Below are positions 1-12,585 of a stretch of DNA of 64,000 bases, in pieces. The notes beneath the pieces were generated by a model. The model saw nothing but the letters and a program-made list of their open reading frames with translations. It was not told the DNA's origin and searched no databases. Numbering within the stretch: the stretch's first letter is position 1; each line of letters starts with the position of its first letter. Position numbers and translations under genes: made by a program. Origin of the DNA: Narcine bancroftii (Eukaryota); the NCBI RefSeq assembly GCF_036971445.1, contig NC_091474.1:26536001-26600000 (forward strand), read 5' to 3'.

Positions 1-128
1 AGTTATGGTATGAAGTATCCATTCAGGGATACAGTACTTGTAGGAAATAAAATTCCTGATCTTATGGCCAAAAATAGTAGGTCGACTTTTACATGAGATT
101 GACTTTTACACAGGTATACTGTATATGG
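1..128. mobile_element. Truncated end of a Tc1/mariner-superfamily DNA transposon
   Basis: Repeated gtcgacttttaca/ttgacttttaca motif ending ...tatatggta, resembling a Tc2/pogo-type terminal repeat. Cut by the window edge. Confidence 0.35.
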
Positions 129-1283
129 TACTTAATTATTGAATTAAATCCCCAGCTGCCATGGAGGGATTTAAGGTCATGTCTTTGAATCAGTGGTCCA
201 GTTTTCTGAATGTTAACTCAGTAACTTTACTCCTATACTGTCAGGATAGGAATAGAGACATGACAAAATTAAAAACCCTTTGCATGTGGAAGTTTGGAAT
301 TTGCCTCTACATATGGTATTTGATGCTGGGTCTACCATTAATTTAAAACTCTGAGTTTTTTGTTAGCAACAGATGTTAAGGGATGTGGACAAGTCAAGGA
401 TAAGTTGTAACAGAGTCTGGCAGAACAGGTTAAAAGGGCTTAAATTATCTCCCACTGTAGCTTTTCTTTAGGTATTTTGTACTGCATAAAGCTCACTACA
501 AAGTATTCTTCTCTTTCTACAAGCTTCATTCCCTCACATGGTCAACCTGCCTCTCGGGAATTGTTGCACTGCACGTTCAGGTCAGTCTGAAGTAGATGAG
601 GGGAGCCGATTCTCTAAATCTGAGAAAAGGATGCCATTCAACCTCTTGAAACTGTTCCATCACTCAGTCAGACCATGCCTAATTAATTCCCTTTTCCTTG
701 CCTGGTTCCCCCCAACCCGAGCCTCTTACCTCGTCCAACAAAGTCTTTCCACTCTTCTATCTCAGTTGTCAAACTTCTATATGACCTGCACAAGTTTTGC
801 AGGAGATATTCCAGATTTCCACTGCCCTTTATGTGGGATAAGTGCTTCCTGATTGACCCATGACCCATCTGGGTTTAGCTTTGTATATCCTGTTATAAAT
901 TCTCCCCATAATAGAAGAAAGCTTTCAGATTCTTGCATGCTTTCCTTTAACAGTTTTGTTATTTCTAGATTCCTCTCTTTTATTGCATGGCTGTTTCTGT
1001 CTCAGAGATGGTGAATGCAGGAGATGTCCATTTGAACGATATATTCAAAAAGTACCGGATAAAGAATGGACACAGATTTGCTATTGTATTTTGATCAGAG
1101 GAGGAATGATTATTTGCAGCTGCATCGCTTTCCCTTGTTAAAAGTGTCTCTTGAGTCAAGAAGCCAAATAAACAAAATCCAAGTTGTGTTTAGTCAGTTA
1201 AGCATGGAGTACATATGAAATGCCAGCACCGTAGATTTCCTCATTTGTTTTATACTTAACTTTATTCCAATATATTTTTACAG

Positions 1284-1356
1284 AAAATAAAGATTGCCGG
1301 CCTTCGCATGTATACCTGCTGCGTGGAGAAACTAGACTACGAAGAGCTGTTTGAAA
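1284..1356 (+). CDS. UQCC1: UQCC1 internal coding exon (73 nt), ubiquinol-cytochrome c reductase complex assembly factor 1
   Basis: Acceptor ttttta-cAG at 1281-1283 and donor GTatgt at 1357. Translates KIKIAGLRMYTCCVEKLDYEELFE plus 1 nt, matching recalled human UQCC1 KIKIAALRMYTSCVEKTDFEEFF. Confidence 0.95.
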
Positions 1357-1575
1357 GTATGTATAGTTAGAGTTGGATTTATCGTCATGAAAGTATCATG
1401 AAATTTGTTGTTTTGCAGCAGCAGGATTGTGCAGAACAAGGTGCAAAGTTACTAGAAATTACAATTCTGTAAATATAAGATTTAAAAAAAAAACTCCTGC
1501 ATAAAAGAGAAAAGCTGAAGTAATGTCCATAGGTTCATGCCCGTTCAAAAATCTGACGGCAGAGGGGAAGAAGCT

Positions 1576-1959
1576 GTATAGTTATGCAGCTCTGCAGTTT
1601 GTTAAAGTGAGCTTGTCGCGGGGTGGCTATGGTTATAGCTCGAGGTAGAAAGAAGACTCGCACACCAAGAGAGTGTAATTGACACCAACTTTATTGGGCT
1701 GCAGCTCTGCCTTTTATAGGCAGCCGGCTGAGTCACCGCTGGGCATGGCTTATGGCTTGAGCGAGGCCGGCTGCTGATTGGGTTGTCCCAGATTCGCAGG
1801 CCCGGATTGGACCCCCTGCGATCTGCTGGCTGTGATTGGCTGATTCGAGCAGTTATTCCTGCAGCCTATGGGAATGGGTGTCTCTTCCCGTGTGATGTCT
1901 ACCCGATTGTTGTGTTTGACGACTGTTTGCTGTGTCAGCACGTGGCGTGGGCCACTACA
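1576..1959 (-). mobile_element. Solo LTR (Gypsy-like), copy 1
   Basis: Reverse-complement homologue of 62340-62689. Ends ...ccactaca; carries ttttata (TATA on -), tttatt (polyA signal on -) and attgg (CCAAT on -). agct flanks both sides. Confidence 0.75.
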
Positions 1960-1979
1960 AGCTATATTTAATGTAATTT

Positions 1980-2380
1980 TCAAGTTAAGTTTATTGTCAT
2001 TTGATTGTACAGTCTTATGAAACAGCTTTCTCTGATCCTCAGTGCAAAACATGCACACAACCAGACAACATATATACAGATAAACAACAAATATGCAGGA
2101 CAAGTACTTCATCTATAAAAACAAACAAATAAATATTGTTTTGTACATATGAGAGTTTTGAATGGTTAGTGTGACCAGTTCCTTTGGTCATTCAGCATTC
2201 TCACTACCAGTGGGAAGAAGCTATTTCTCAGCCTTGTGGTATTGGTTTGATACCCCTTTATCTCTTCTCTGACAGGAACAGTTGAAAGCTGCTCTGTGCA
2301 GAGTGGAAGGGGTCCTCAATGATTTTGCGTGTCCTCTTCAGACAACAAACCTTGTAGATCACGTTGATGAGTAGAAGGGA
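1980..2380 (-). mobile_element. Rex1/Babar LINE 3' fragment
   Basis: Reverse-complement homology to the 3' part of 22060-23080 (ggggtcctcaatgatttt, tttattgtcat tail). Related fragments lie at about 1375-1575, 7230-7600, 34555-34870 and 54320-54760. Confidence 0.7.
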
Positions 2381-2558
2381 TATAGGCATATAGAGTTCCA
2401 TTTCTTGAAATTATCTCCTGAGTCCTAGTTATATCCTATATAACAGTGGGCTATCAGCTAGTCAAGGTGGAATGCTAAAATTGTCCACTGATGCAAGAGT
2501 TTCTTGCCTTTTACAATACAATGCAAGTTTAAAATCACTGAAATATGAATGGATTAAT

Positions 2559-2900
2559 CAGTCGCTCACAACCTTTCTTTACACTCGCATACCACTTTAA
2601 GTATTCCCTATGCCATCGGTGCTCTGTGATTAGTAAGGGATTGCTTAAGGTGATATGGGAGTGGGAAGGGAAGGTTGTGTTACTGAAATATTTTGCTTGA
2701 GAAAAATTGTCATTGACCCATTTTCATTCGATTTTTGAAACCATGTACTTAATTAGGTAGAATTAAAATAGTGGTTCCCAAACGTTTTCTTTCCACCCAC
2801 ATCCCACCTTAAGCAATCCCTTACTAATCACAGAGCACTGATGGCATTGGGAATAGTTAAAGTGGGATGTGAGTGGAAAGAGCAAGGTTGGGAACCCCTG
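2559..2900. mobile_element. hAT-type MITE built from two inverted sub-units
   Basis: CAG...CTG ends. 2570-2680 is the reverse complement of 2785-2890 (gtgctctgtgattagtaagggattgcttaagg / ccttaagcaatcccttactaatcacagagcac). gattaa flanks both sides. Confidence 0.7.
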
Positions 2901-4405
2901 GATTAAGTGAACAGCCAAAATCAGAATATGAATATAAGGCAAGTTTTGATGTTAAGAAGGAATGTTAAACATCTTCTCTCAAAGGTAAAAAAACAAGCTC
3001 AAGGCAGTTGAGATTTGGTAATCCAAATTCATAAAATGTTATTCAGGTTAATCAAGTAATGAAAATGTTAAAGAGCTGTGAGTTTAGGAATCCAGGACAA
3101 GGGAATGTAATGCAAACAGCTCAAAGTCAAGAGGTAGATTTAATTTGGGTAGAGCTAAGAAATATCGAGTGGTAAACATTAGGAGACTTTAATCTGCATA
3201 TGGGTTAGGCAATCCAAATGAGCAATAACAGTATGGAGGACACAATTGTAGAGTGTCTAAAGGATAGTTTAGAACCAGGAGCTGGTGTCAAAACAAGGGG
3301 ACTACCGTGCATGACTGAATTGATGAGAAGTTTCTTCATCCAGAGGATATTAAATGTTTAGAATTCCCTTTCCCAGGGTAGGGAAATCTATGACAAAATA
3401 GCATGGGTTTTGACTGCACATTGATTGAAAATTTTCAAAATAAAATATTCAAAAAAAAAATCAAAAGGCCATGGGTTTTAAGTGCGAAAGGAATAATTTA
3501 GCGGATCGAAGGGGCAACTTTTACCCCAAAGAATGTCATGGGTGTATGGTGCAAGCTGCTGGAGGAAGTGAGGGGTGGGGACAGTGAGGATATTTAAAAA
3601 AATTGTGCAGGAACATGGATGGGTAAAACACAAAGGTCGGCGGATACCGTAATTGAAGTAAACCACAACGTTGGAGAAACTCAGCAGGTCAAACAGTGTG
3701 CTTTATAGAGCAAAAATAAAGATACATAACCAATGTTACGGGCTTGATCCCTTCATAAAGATAGGAAAAAATGTCAGCATTTCACCTCATGTAACATAAA
3801 TATTTTTACGTAGTTGGAAGGAGAAGTGTGGAAGAAACCAAAACTTGACTGCTTTATAGGGAAGGGGGGCCCATAAACTTTGAGCAGAATCCTGGGGGAG
3901 GGGTGTATGGGCATTGCTGAAAAAAGGTTGATAATGACTTGGTTCGAGGAATATGGGCTGAATCCAGACAAATGGACCTTGGTTGGTGTGGATGAGTTGA
4001 ACCAAAGTTTCTGATCTGTATTTGCTCTAAGGTCTGCAAAGCTTAAGCACTGAGCATATTCCAGAAAGATCAACAGATCTTAAGGTATTATTTATTTCTG
4101 TTTATGCAACGTATTGAAGCGTATGGAGGATAAAAGCAGGTTCATGTAGTTTATAGTCATGACTGTATCATTCTCCCTTGGAATGGCATGCCGGCCTCGG
4201 TTAATAAAGGTCTTTCCTAAATGAAATTTAAGGTCTCAGTTGAACCTGAGTTGGGCAATCTTGCACTTGGGATTCATCTCTGTGTTTTGAAATTAAGAAA
4301 CTGGGAATTGGAGAAGAATGCTTATTAAATAGGAGAGAAGATTATCTGATCATTTGGTGGACCTTTTTGGGTCTTGAAGAAACTGGACAATTCTTCTAAG
4401 TGAAT

Positions 4406-4480
4406 GGGATTAGGGGGCAGAAATCCTCCTTGGTGGGACTGGGATTCAGGGGGCAGAAATCCTCCTCGATGGGACTGGAT
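4406..4480. repeat. Tandem duplication of a ~36-bp unit
   Basis: gggatt(c)agggggcagaaatcctcct(t/c)g(g/a)tgggact occurs twice in tandem. Confidence 0.8.
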
Positions 4481-4769
4481 CGATGGGTAGGGTAGGCGCC
4501 TGAGCTGACTGCTATGTCACTATTTAATCTGCTGCAGTGTCCCAAATGGGATGATGCCTATATCAGAGCTGGGAATGACCTTTGCCTATAGAACCTCCTT
4601 TCACAACCTCGGGACAATCCAAAGCTTTTCCAGCGACGTCGTCACAATTGCCAATATTGCGTTCCGTTCAATAGCTATGTGAGGATAATCTTGATTGAGA
4701 AGTATTTATTGATGAGAATAATCTTCCAGAATAAAAACTGATTTTTATTAACCTGTACCATAACCTTAA

Positions 4770-5190
4770 TCATATGAGGAGCATTTGACAGCTCTTGGTC
4801 TGTACTTGTTGGAATCTAGGAGAGTGAGGTGGGATCTCAATTGAAATTTTTTGAATGTTGAATGGTGTGGACAGAGTAGATGTACAAAGGTTGTTTCCCA
4901 TGGTGAGAGAGAGCACAACTTCAGGATTGAAGGGTGTCCATTTTGAACAGACATGCGTAGGAATTTCTTTAGCCAGAGGGTGGTAAATCTGTGGAATTTG
5001 TTACCACAGGTGATTGTGGAGGCCAGGTCATTGAGTGTATTTAAAGGAAGGATTGATAGGTTCTTGATTGCCAGTGGATCAAAGGTTCTGGGGAGAAGGC
5101 CAGGCAGTGGGGCTGATTGGAAAACTAGATCAGTTCATGATTAACTGATGGGGCAGACTGAATAGCCTCTTTCTGCTCCTTTGTCATGGC
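4770..5190 (+). mobile_element. CR1 LINE 3' fragment
   Basis: ORF 4953 RRNFFSQRVVNLWNLLP...F(K)GRIDRFL is the typical CR1 ORF2 C-terminus, followed by a 3' UTR. Confidence 0.85.
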
Positions 5191-8100
5191 CTTACAGTAT
5201 TATATTTTAATGATTTATGCACTTGGATTACAAAGTCTCTACTACCTGTAGCTTTCCATCGTTTAGAGAAGACGCTTACCTCTCCTGTTAACTTCAAAAA
5301 CAGATGATCTCATACTTGCCTATATTCGTATGCTGATTGTAGCTGTTCACTTAATCTAATCGTATATCAATGATTTTAAACTTTCACCGTATCGTAAATC
5401 CAGAAAATTTGGATCAGTAATATGTGTTTGAAGTTTAATGATTATGACTTCTCAATTGGGTAGTATATTTAATAGAATGGGATTTGGGACTAAAGAATGA
5501 ATGGAATCAATTTATTAGAATAAATGGTTTAAGTCATCGGAGATTGTCAAGGGAATTAAAGAACAGTTTTGGAGATTCTGTTCATGAAGCTCAACACCAT
5601 CTAGGACAAAGCAGCCCCTTTATTGTGCCATCATTCACTGTAGAACTGTGACTGCTCTGTGTACCAGCTGCAGGTACTCTCCTACTCTGTGATGATAGCA
5701 TGCCATCAATTGCATTCACTATCATCCAGGTGGCCTCTTTCTGTGCCACAGTAATCCTCTGACCCGATGGATGCAGAGGAACATCTTCACACACGACTTC
5801 CGCTTCACTATACCGCTGTCCTGCCTCTGTAACTGGCTCTAAATCCTGAAGCAAAACCCAACAGGACAGTAGGAGCAGCTTCACCAGAAGAGAGTTCACC
5901 ACTTTCTGGGCCAATCGGTATAGGCAAAAAATTCCGGCTTTGCAGGCAAGAAGTAGATCGTAGAAATGAATGATAAGTTTTCAAGGGAGCATTTAAAAGT
6001 CTGAGAGGTACATTGTCTTCATTTCAAGATGGGGATGAGATGCTGCGAAAGTCTAGCATCAGAATCCGAGGAGGAACCACTTGGCTTATTTCGAAGTAGG
6101 GAAGGATTGGGGTATTCCATGCATGGGTGGATCAGTGGGTTTGATTCATGAACGAGTGCTGGCCTGTGGGGCTAATCACCTTTTCCTGTTCCTAACATTT
6201 CTTATGAGGTAGAATTCCAGCAGAGAACAGTGTTGCAGCCATGCAGGCAATGAAAATAAGGTCAGGAAAAGTCACTTAAACTTTTTCTTCCTTTTCTGGA
6301 ATTACTTTGTAACATTGAGAGCATTTGGTGGGACTCTTGAGAATTTGGGTTGTGCATGTGGAACTCTTCCATGTCATTTGGCTATTGTTAGCTCTCCCTT
6401 TCGGTCTGTGTCCATGCGAAGCATTTGGGAGCGAGCTCCTTTTAGAGCTGTGCTCCATGATTCAAATCTGATGTGACCTGAATTTCATTAAATGCTAGAG
6501 CGAAAAAACAATCTGATGGAGCAATTCAGCAGGTCGAGCAGCATTAGTGTGAGAAAAAGAATAATCAGCGTTTTGGGTTGGAACCCTTCATCAAGAACCA
6601 TTGGGTTTGGATTGGTTGAATGTGCTCATGAACCATTTGGGTTCAGGTTGGGTGTATAGGCAAATAAGTAAGAGAGAGGAAGAAAGAATCTTGCAGGCAG
6701 GGTCAGAGAGGGAATTGTGGAGGTGGTGAATTCCAGGGATGTGCAGCCCTCTATTCAATTGCTGAATAGAGCTCTGGCTTTGGAAATGGAAAGACAAATA
6801 CTACCAAGATGGTTCCTGAATTCAGACTTCGTCCTTGCCATCTGATAAAAGGTGTTACAAAACTGAAGTGCTCAATGTTTGAGCAGTCAGGTGGCATCTA
6901 TGGAGAACTGAATAATGTTCCACGTCAATAACCTCTCAGCTGAACTGTGACAGTGAGAAAACAGATGCATTTTACGTGGCAGACAGAGGTTGAATTCAAA
7001 CAATTAACCAATAAATTATATCTTATAAATCAAACCATAAAGACGTTAACTGCCTCTTTCTCCCTTTTTAATTACCTGTCAACTCAATATAGGTTTTGAA
7101 TTATCAAGGTACAGTTTTGGTGGAGGTCATTGACACACTGTAAGTCTGAAAACCATGTGACCACAATGGAGCAAACAGCATTGTGACTTAAACACCGATC
7201 TACCTTGTCCAGCAAGTGGCAGAAAAAAAATCAAGTTCAAGTTTATTCGTCTTCCGATTGTAACAGTACAACCCAACAAAATAGCGTTCTTCGGTCCACA
7301 GTCAAAAAGCATACAGACAAGTTATGCATGTACATAAAACCTATTATCAATAACTAGTAGCGTCACAGGGAATTATTTTAGTAGTTCAGCAGTCTCACTA
7401 CCCATGTGAAGAAGTTGTTTCTCAGCTTGGTGGATCTGGCTCTAATATTCCTGTATCTCTTTCCCAACAGGAGTAACTGGAAGATGCTGTGTGCGGAGTG
7501 GGAGGGGTCCTCACAGATTTTGCAAATTTTCTTGCTCTCTTTAAATAACAATCCTAGTAAATCACACTGATTGGAGGGGAGAAATTCTGTAATCCTCTTG
7601 AAGGAGAAACCCCAAACAATTTTTCTTCCTCCCTCCCAGTGGATGGGTGCTGGATCACAGAATCATGGAATAATACTGATGTAAGAGCAGGCCATTCATC
7701 CCATTTATCCATTGTTGTTCCCCAGTCATCTTGTTTCCTTGCCCTTACCTTGGAAATTTAGTTCCCCTCTCCCTATCTGGTTCTCCTTTAAAAGCCCTTC
7801 TTGATTCTGTTTCCACTAATTTTTCATAGTGAGTTCCAGATTAGGGTCACTCTGCACATCAGAACACATCCCTCTTCCCCATAATCTTTTGCATTCTATT
7901 TTCTCAGTCATCATCTTGTGCCCCTCTATCTCACCTCCTCTCCACCTCTTGCCTCAAGGAGAACAAGCCCAACTAACAGCTGGCACACTGCAAGTCTAAT
8001 TTGAAGGCAAAGTGAGAATAGACTAGGGATTAAAGTTGGCACTTTTATTTGACTCTGGATGGATGCCTAGAGCTATTGACGGCAATATTAAGAGTGATAT

Positions 8101-8434
8101 ATAGAGGAACGTTCTCTAAATTGAGCTGTCCTCACATGGTCTCTTGTAAATAAACACACCTTTCTTTTACCTGAATTAAGTAACATAACCCAAGTGAAAG
8201 CAAGAGTATGTTCGTATGAAGTAGAAAATTGGCAGAGTGTCGAAGAGTTGTGCAATGCTGAGATCCACATTACTGCTCTACTAATTAATTTCTTAATTCT
8301 TATATAATAGTTACTTTCATTTGTACTTCCTGGAAAATCAAACAGAATTTTTTGACACAAGAGGTTCCTCCATTTTGGCTTTTGTTGATTTGAGGTTAAC
8401 TTTCTAGACTATTCACCTTCGGTTTTTTTTTTAA

Positions 8435-9110
8435 ATTCAAGATTATTTTATTGTCTTGTAGTAAAACATAAAATATATTATAAGAAATTTCCTTTAGTCT
8501 ACCTTAAGACAGACAAGGATTCGCTATCAGCAGAAATTGCCTACTGCCCCTTACAGCCAGATAAAGAAGTAAAAAGAAAGTTCCCCCAGAGTCATTAAGT
8601 GTCCATGGATTCACTTACAGCACTCTTTCAGCCTCTGCAGACACACAGCTTTCAGTCCAAACCATCAGCAACCTGAGGTTCAGATGCATGCCTCTGACAT
8701 GATCTGGAAGTCTCCAGCACCCTCTCGCATCTTGGTTCCGATACCTGGAACCCCTTCAAATAGTCTCGAGCCAAACTCCAGTTGTTTTCAGGCCAGTGTG
8801 ATTCCGTTGACCGCAGTTGCCAACAGCTCGCAGCCTACATAGGTTACTTACCTCGAGTCACCAACAGCCCATTGCCTGTGTGTTCTTCAGCCTGTGGTCA
8901 TTGTCCCGTGGGTCATCTCCTCAACTTCAACTCGTAAGAGGAGTGGTCTCCCTGTTTCCTGATGCCCTGCGCCAGTCCTCTGCTTCTCCAGAGTCTAACC
9001 CCTTGTGGCTGCTGCATAGGCGCCAGCACCTTGGGCCCAGTCTCCACAGTTGCAGAATTTTAAATAAAGCCCTCCTTTAACAGGCCATTTAAAGCCTTTA
9101 CAGAGCTGAT
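8435..9110 (-). mobile_element. Non-autonomous retroelement with a Rex1-like 3' tail
   Basis: Homologous to 27045-27600 (cagcctctgcag...aaacc...cagatcc...cagccca repeats) and to + strand copies near 54770-55240. tttattgtc tail, no coding capacity. Confidence 0.5.
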
Positions 9111-9914
9111 GGCAGTCGGACCCCACATGGGAGTGCTGTGACTGTATCTCCCTTCCCCCATTTCTCCCATTTGCTTCCAGCCTGAAATAAATTGCCTTGA
9201 AGTAGCCACATGAAGACTTATGCTTTAGAAGGGCATCACACTTTAGGATTATATGATCTTTGTATATTAATGGCACAGAAAAACGGAACATTTCCAAAAA
9301 AAATCTGGTATAGAAATGGATTAATCTGCAGTTTTATATCAAGACTGCAAATATAAGAATAGTCCTGATTCTGGTTTCTCTGTGCTTTCCAGTTGTATTC
9401 TTAGTGCTAAACAAACATGGAGCTCCCAACAGGCAGATGCAATGGACTGCTGCTCTGGGGAGTTATGAGCTTTCATACAAGTGTCCAAATCAGGAGTGGG
9501 AGTAAGCCACTCATGCCTGCTTTGCCATTCAATGAAATCATGGCACATTCAGTTATGACTTCGGCTCTGTATCCCTGCCGGCCATAGAAAGGCAGGAATA
9601 TTTTTCCCTGTGCCTTGTAAATTGTCAAAGGTTCTCCTTACATGGCTCTTTGAGGAGGAGACTTCCAAGGGGCTCGCTACCCTCAGAAAAGCTTTGGCTC
9701 ATCTTAGCCTGAGATGATCAATTATTGTTCTTCATAAAACAGATCCCGGCACGATTGACTTAATGGTAAAATAAGCAGGTCCTGAAGCAAGGTCTTGACC
9801 TGAAATGTTGGGTGTCCTCCCGATGCCTAACATGTGATTTCCCTCCAGCAGTTTATTCATTTTGAACAAAAATGCTATTTAAATTAAATTTTAAGCTGTT
9901 AATTTTTTTTTTTC

Positions 9915-10120
9915 AATTTAGACATGCAGCATGGTTTCAGTCCCTTTTACAGCCCATCAGCTTGTGCCGCTCAATACGCCAATTAACTTTCAAGCCCCGT
10001 AGGTTTTGAAGGGTGGAAGGAAGCAGGGGCACCTGGAGGAAACTCACTTAGACCCGGGGAGAACATACAAACTCCTCGCAGACTAATTTGAACCCGGGCC
10101 CCTGGCGACGTAATAGCACT
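9915..10120 (-). mobile_element. HE1/V-SINE-like tRNA-derived SINE
   Basis: ggagaacatacaaactcc...ttgaacccggg (B box on -), homologous to 43478-43710. Confidence 0.8.
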
Positions 10121-10389
10121 AACTTGTGAAAATCATGAGTGATATTTTTACCTTTTATTATTAGCTTATAATATCTATCTTTGTGTGTCCTGAAGATGCG
10201 ATTGAGCAACTGCTATATCAGTTCCTTTGTGGTGAGGGGCCATCTCTGTGCTATTGGTAGGGAGCTCCCAGTGTTGAAAAATGGCTAATATTTGAAGCCA
10301 GGAGAGTGTGTTCTTGGAGGAAACATAGTTCAGCTAATGCCCTTGCCTTTTGTCGGTGATGAAGTCCTGGGTTCGATCTTTGAAGTTAA

Positions 10390-10530
10390 ATACAAAAGTC
10401 TGCAGATGCTGTGATTGCAGTAAAAACAAGTGCTGGAGGAGCTCAGCAGGTCTTGCAGCGTCCATAGGAGGTAAATATATATTACCAATGTTGCAGGCCT
10501 GGTTCCTTCCAGCATTTCTGTGTTTTTTAC
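10390..10530. mobile_element. Short Penelope-terminus-derived fold-back element
   Basis: aagtctgcagatgctgtgatt...tgctggaggagctcagcagg followed by inverted tccagcatttctgtgttttt. Same family as the terminus of the Penelope fragment at 12030. Confidence 0.65.
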
Positions 10531-11904
10531 AGTCATTGAAGTCTTGATCATTGGCCAGAGAGTTCCCTCTCTCTCTGCTCCTTGGTCCTGACTATGAATC
10601 TGTTCTACGCCAGGTTGCTTAACTATGGACATCATTGGAAGAGTTGTTGGTAAGGTGTGCACTTAGAGCAGGGCCGTAGTATTGCTGGGCAGTACTTAGC
10701 ATTGAGCCACACCCCTGTTGGTATAGGGAATCAGGAGTGTGTTTAGAAGTGGGAGAGTGCATTAGGGAAAACAGCCACTGGTATCGAGGACCCTTGTCCC
10801 TGATGTGCCTGCTTGCACCGATTTTATTTTGTTTTAAACCATGTAGAAGATAGGTGGCCACTGGTTTTGGATCTGATGTGAATGTCTATATAGCTATTAA
10901 GTAGAAAGAGTGATTGAGTACTGTATGAAGTCTTCCCCTGTTTGTTTCCCTGTGTACAATAAATTTACCTTCGATTGACCAGACTTCTCTCTCTGTGAAA
11001 CCACTAAACTTGATACATTCCCAACTCAACAGGAGGCCTCACTTTGTTAGTACCCAAGCAGCCATTAAAGATGTGCTTCCAAAGGAGCCAGGGATGTTTG
11101 CTTGTGATGCCATTGTTCGCATTTCATTCAAAGTCTATACCTCCCTGTGTGTCAGAGAACCTCAGTATGACAGTGAATCATACAAGTGAACTATTCCATG
11201 GAACTTCAGAGCTGACAATGTTCCTGTCCGATGAGGAAATGTAGGGGACTCATTCCCTTTAGCATATGCCACCATTTTGGTAGAACATGGTTGATCTGTA
11301 TCATAATCCTAGTTTTGAGTTCTGTAATACCTGGTGCTTTTATCAAACCAAAAGCAAAGATTTTTATTGGAACTGCTCTTTGATCGCTGCTGTTTGCTGA
11401 TTCTCTGATTGAACCATCTGTTGGATATAGAATTTTCAACTGACGTTGCAGTAGGCTGTAAGGGGTTCCAGGTGACACTAATGGCGACTCTTTATCTGCC
11501 TTACGGCAGGCAGAAGGCAATTTTGTGTAATATTACCTGCTCTATGATAAAAGAATCTTGAGTATACTTGATGTGCCTGCTCACTAGTCTACTCATCAAT
11601 TACTGTCCTTGCGTTTTCTTCTCTTTTTCAAGCCACTTTCCCACATTTATTTCTAATATAAAGAGGCTATCAGTTACTTCAAAGTCTCCTTTGCAAAAGT
11701 GCTGCTGGAGTGAGACAACTGCACTTTTTACAGATCAGAATCTTTTATTTTTAAATCTGTTCCTGGCAAAGGTCTTTTTTCCTGTTTTGGATGGGAAGAA
11801 ACTCTAAGTTGGAGTTTTTTAAAATTCTATCTTTTTAAAATATTTTTCAACATTTAACATTTTTGTTAATAAAGTTGAAATAGATGTGTTTCTGTTGCTT
11901 TCAG

Positions 11905-11962
11905 AATGCAGTTTGTCAGACACCCTGAACTCTTGGTTCCTCGTTGTACAGCTTCATGTCTG
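11905..11962 (+). CDS. UQCC1: UQCC1 internal coding exon (58 nt)
   Basis: Acceptor ttgctttcAG, donor GTgagt at 11963. In phase with the previous exon: (K)CSLSDTLNSWFLVVQLHV(W), versus human RCQMPDTFNSWFLITLLHVW. Confidence 0.95.
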
Positions 11963-12029
11963 GTGAGTGAAGTCGTCTTCAGTATTTGAATGAAAGGTTG
12001 CAAATAACCTAATATAAAAAGGCAGTGAG

Positions 12030-12585
12030 TTTAAACAAGAAATCTGCAGACGCTGTGAATGTAGCTTACACAAAAATGCAAAATAAACTCAGCAATTTGC
12101 GCTGTGTTCTTTATGTAGCAAAGATCAAGGTATAAAACCAATGTTTCAGGCCTGAGCTCTTCATCAATATAAGCAAACTGCAAGCAGGTACCTGAATAAA
12201 ATGGTGGTTGGGGGGAGGCCCACAGGCAAGAGGTGGATATGGGTGGGAGGGTGCAAGAGGAAAAAGACAAAGAAGTGATGGGGGAGGGGATAGTTCTTTG
12301 AATAGAGAGGGAAGTTGGTGGAGAGCTGGAGGAAAGAAGATAGAGGGACGGAGAAGAGAGGGAGAATGCGGAGTGCGCCAGCAGAAACCACGGAAGTCAA
12401 TGTTAATGCCATATCCAGTTAGAGAGTGCCCAGATGGAATATTAGGTGTTGCTTGTCCAATTTGCGAGTGGTCTTAGTCTGGCAGTGTATGAGGCCATGG
12501 ACAGAAATATTAGCGCTGGAAGGGTCACAGAATTGAAATGGACCACTGGGAGTTCCCTGCCATTGTTGCGGACAGAGCGAATGAA
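12030..12585 (-). mobile_element. Penelope-like element fragment (GIY-YIG endonuclease C-terminus plus terminal repeat)
   Basis: Minus strand of about 12390-12510 reads ISVHGLIHCQTKTTRKLDKQHLIFHLGTL*...(frameshift)GINIDF, matching the PLE GIY-YIG C-terminal motif RKLEEQHLIFRLGTLQPDGINIDF. Followed by a pyrimidine tract and the terminal repeat. Confidence 0.8.

Noticed and set aside
161-1141. Short ORFs at the window start as an upstream UQCC1 exon or other genes
   Set aside because: No similarity to the expected upstream UQCC1 peptide or any recognisable domain; consistent with random ORFs.
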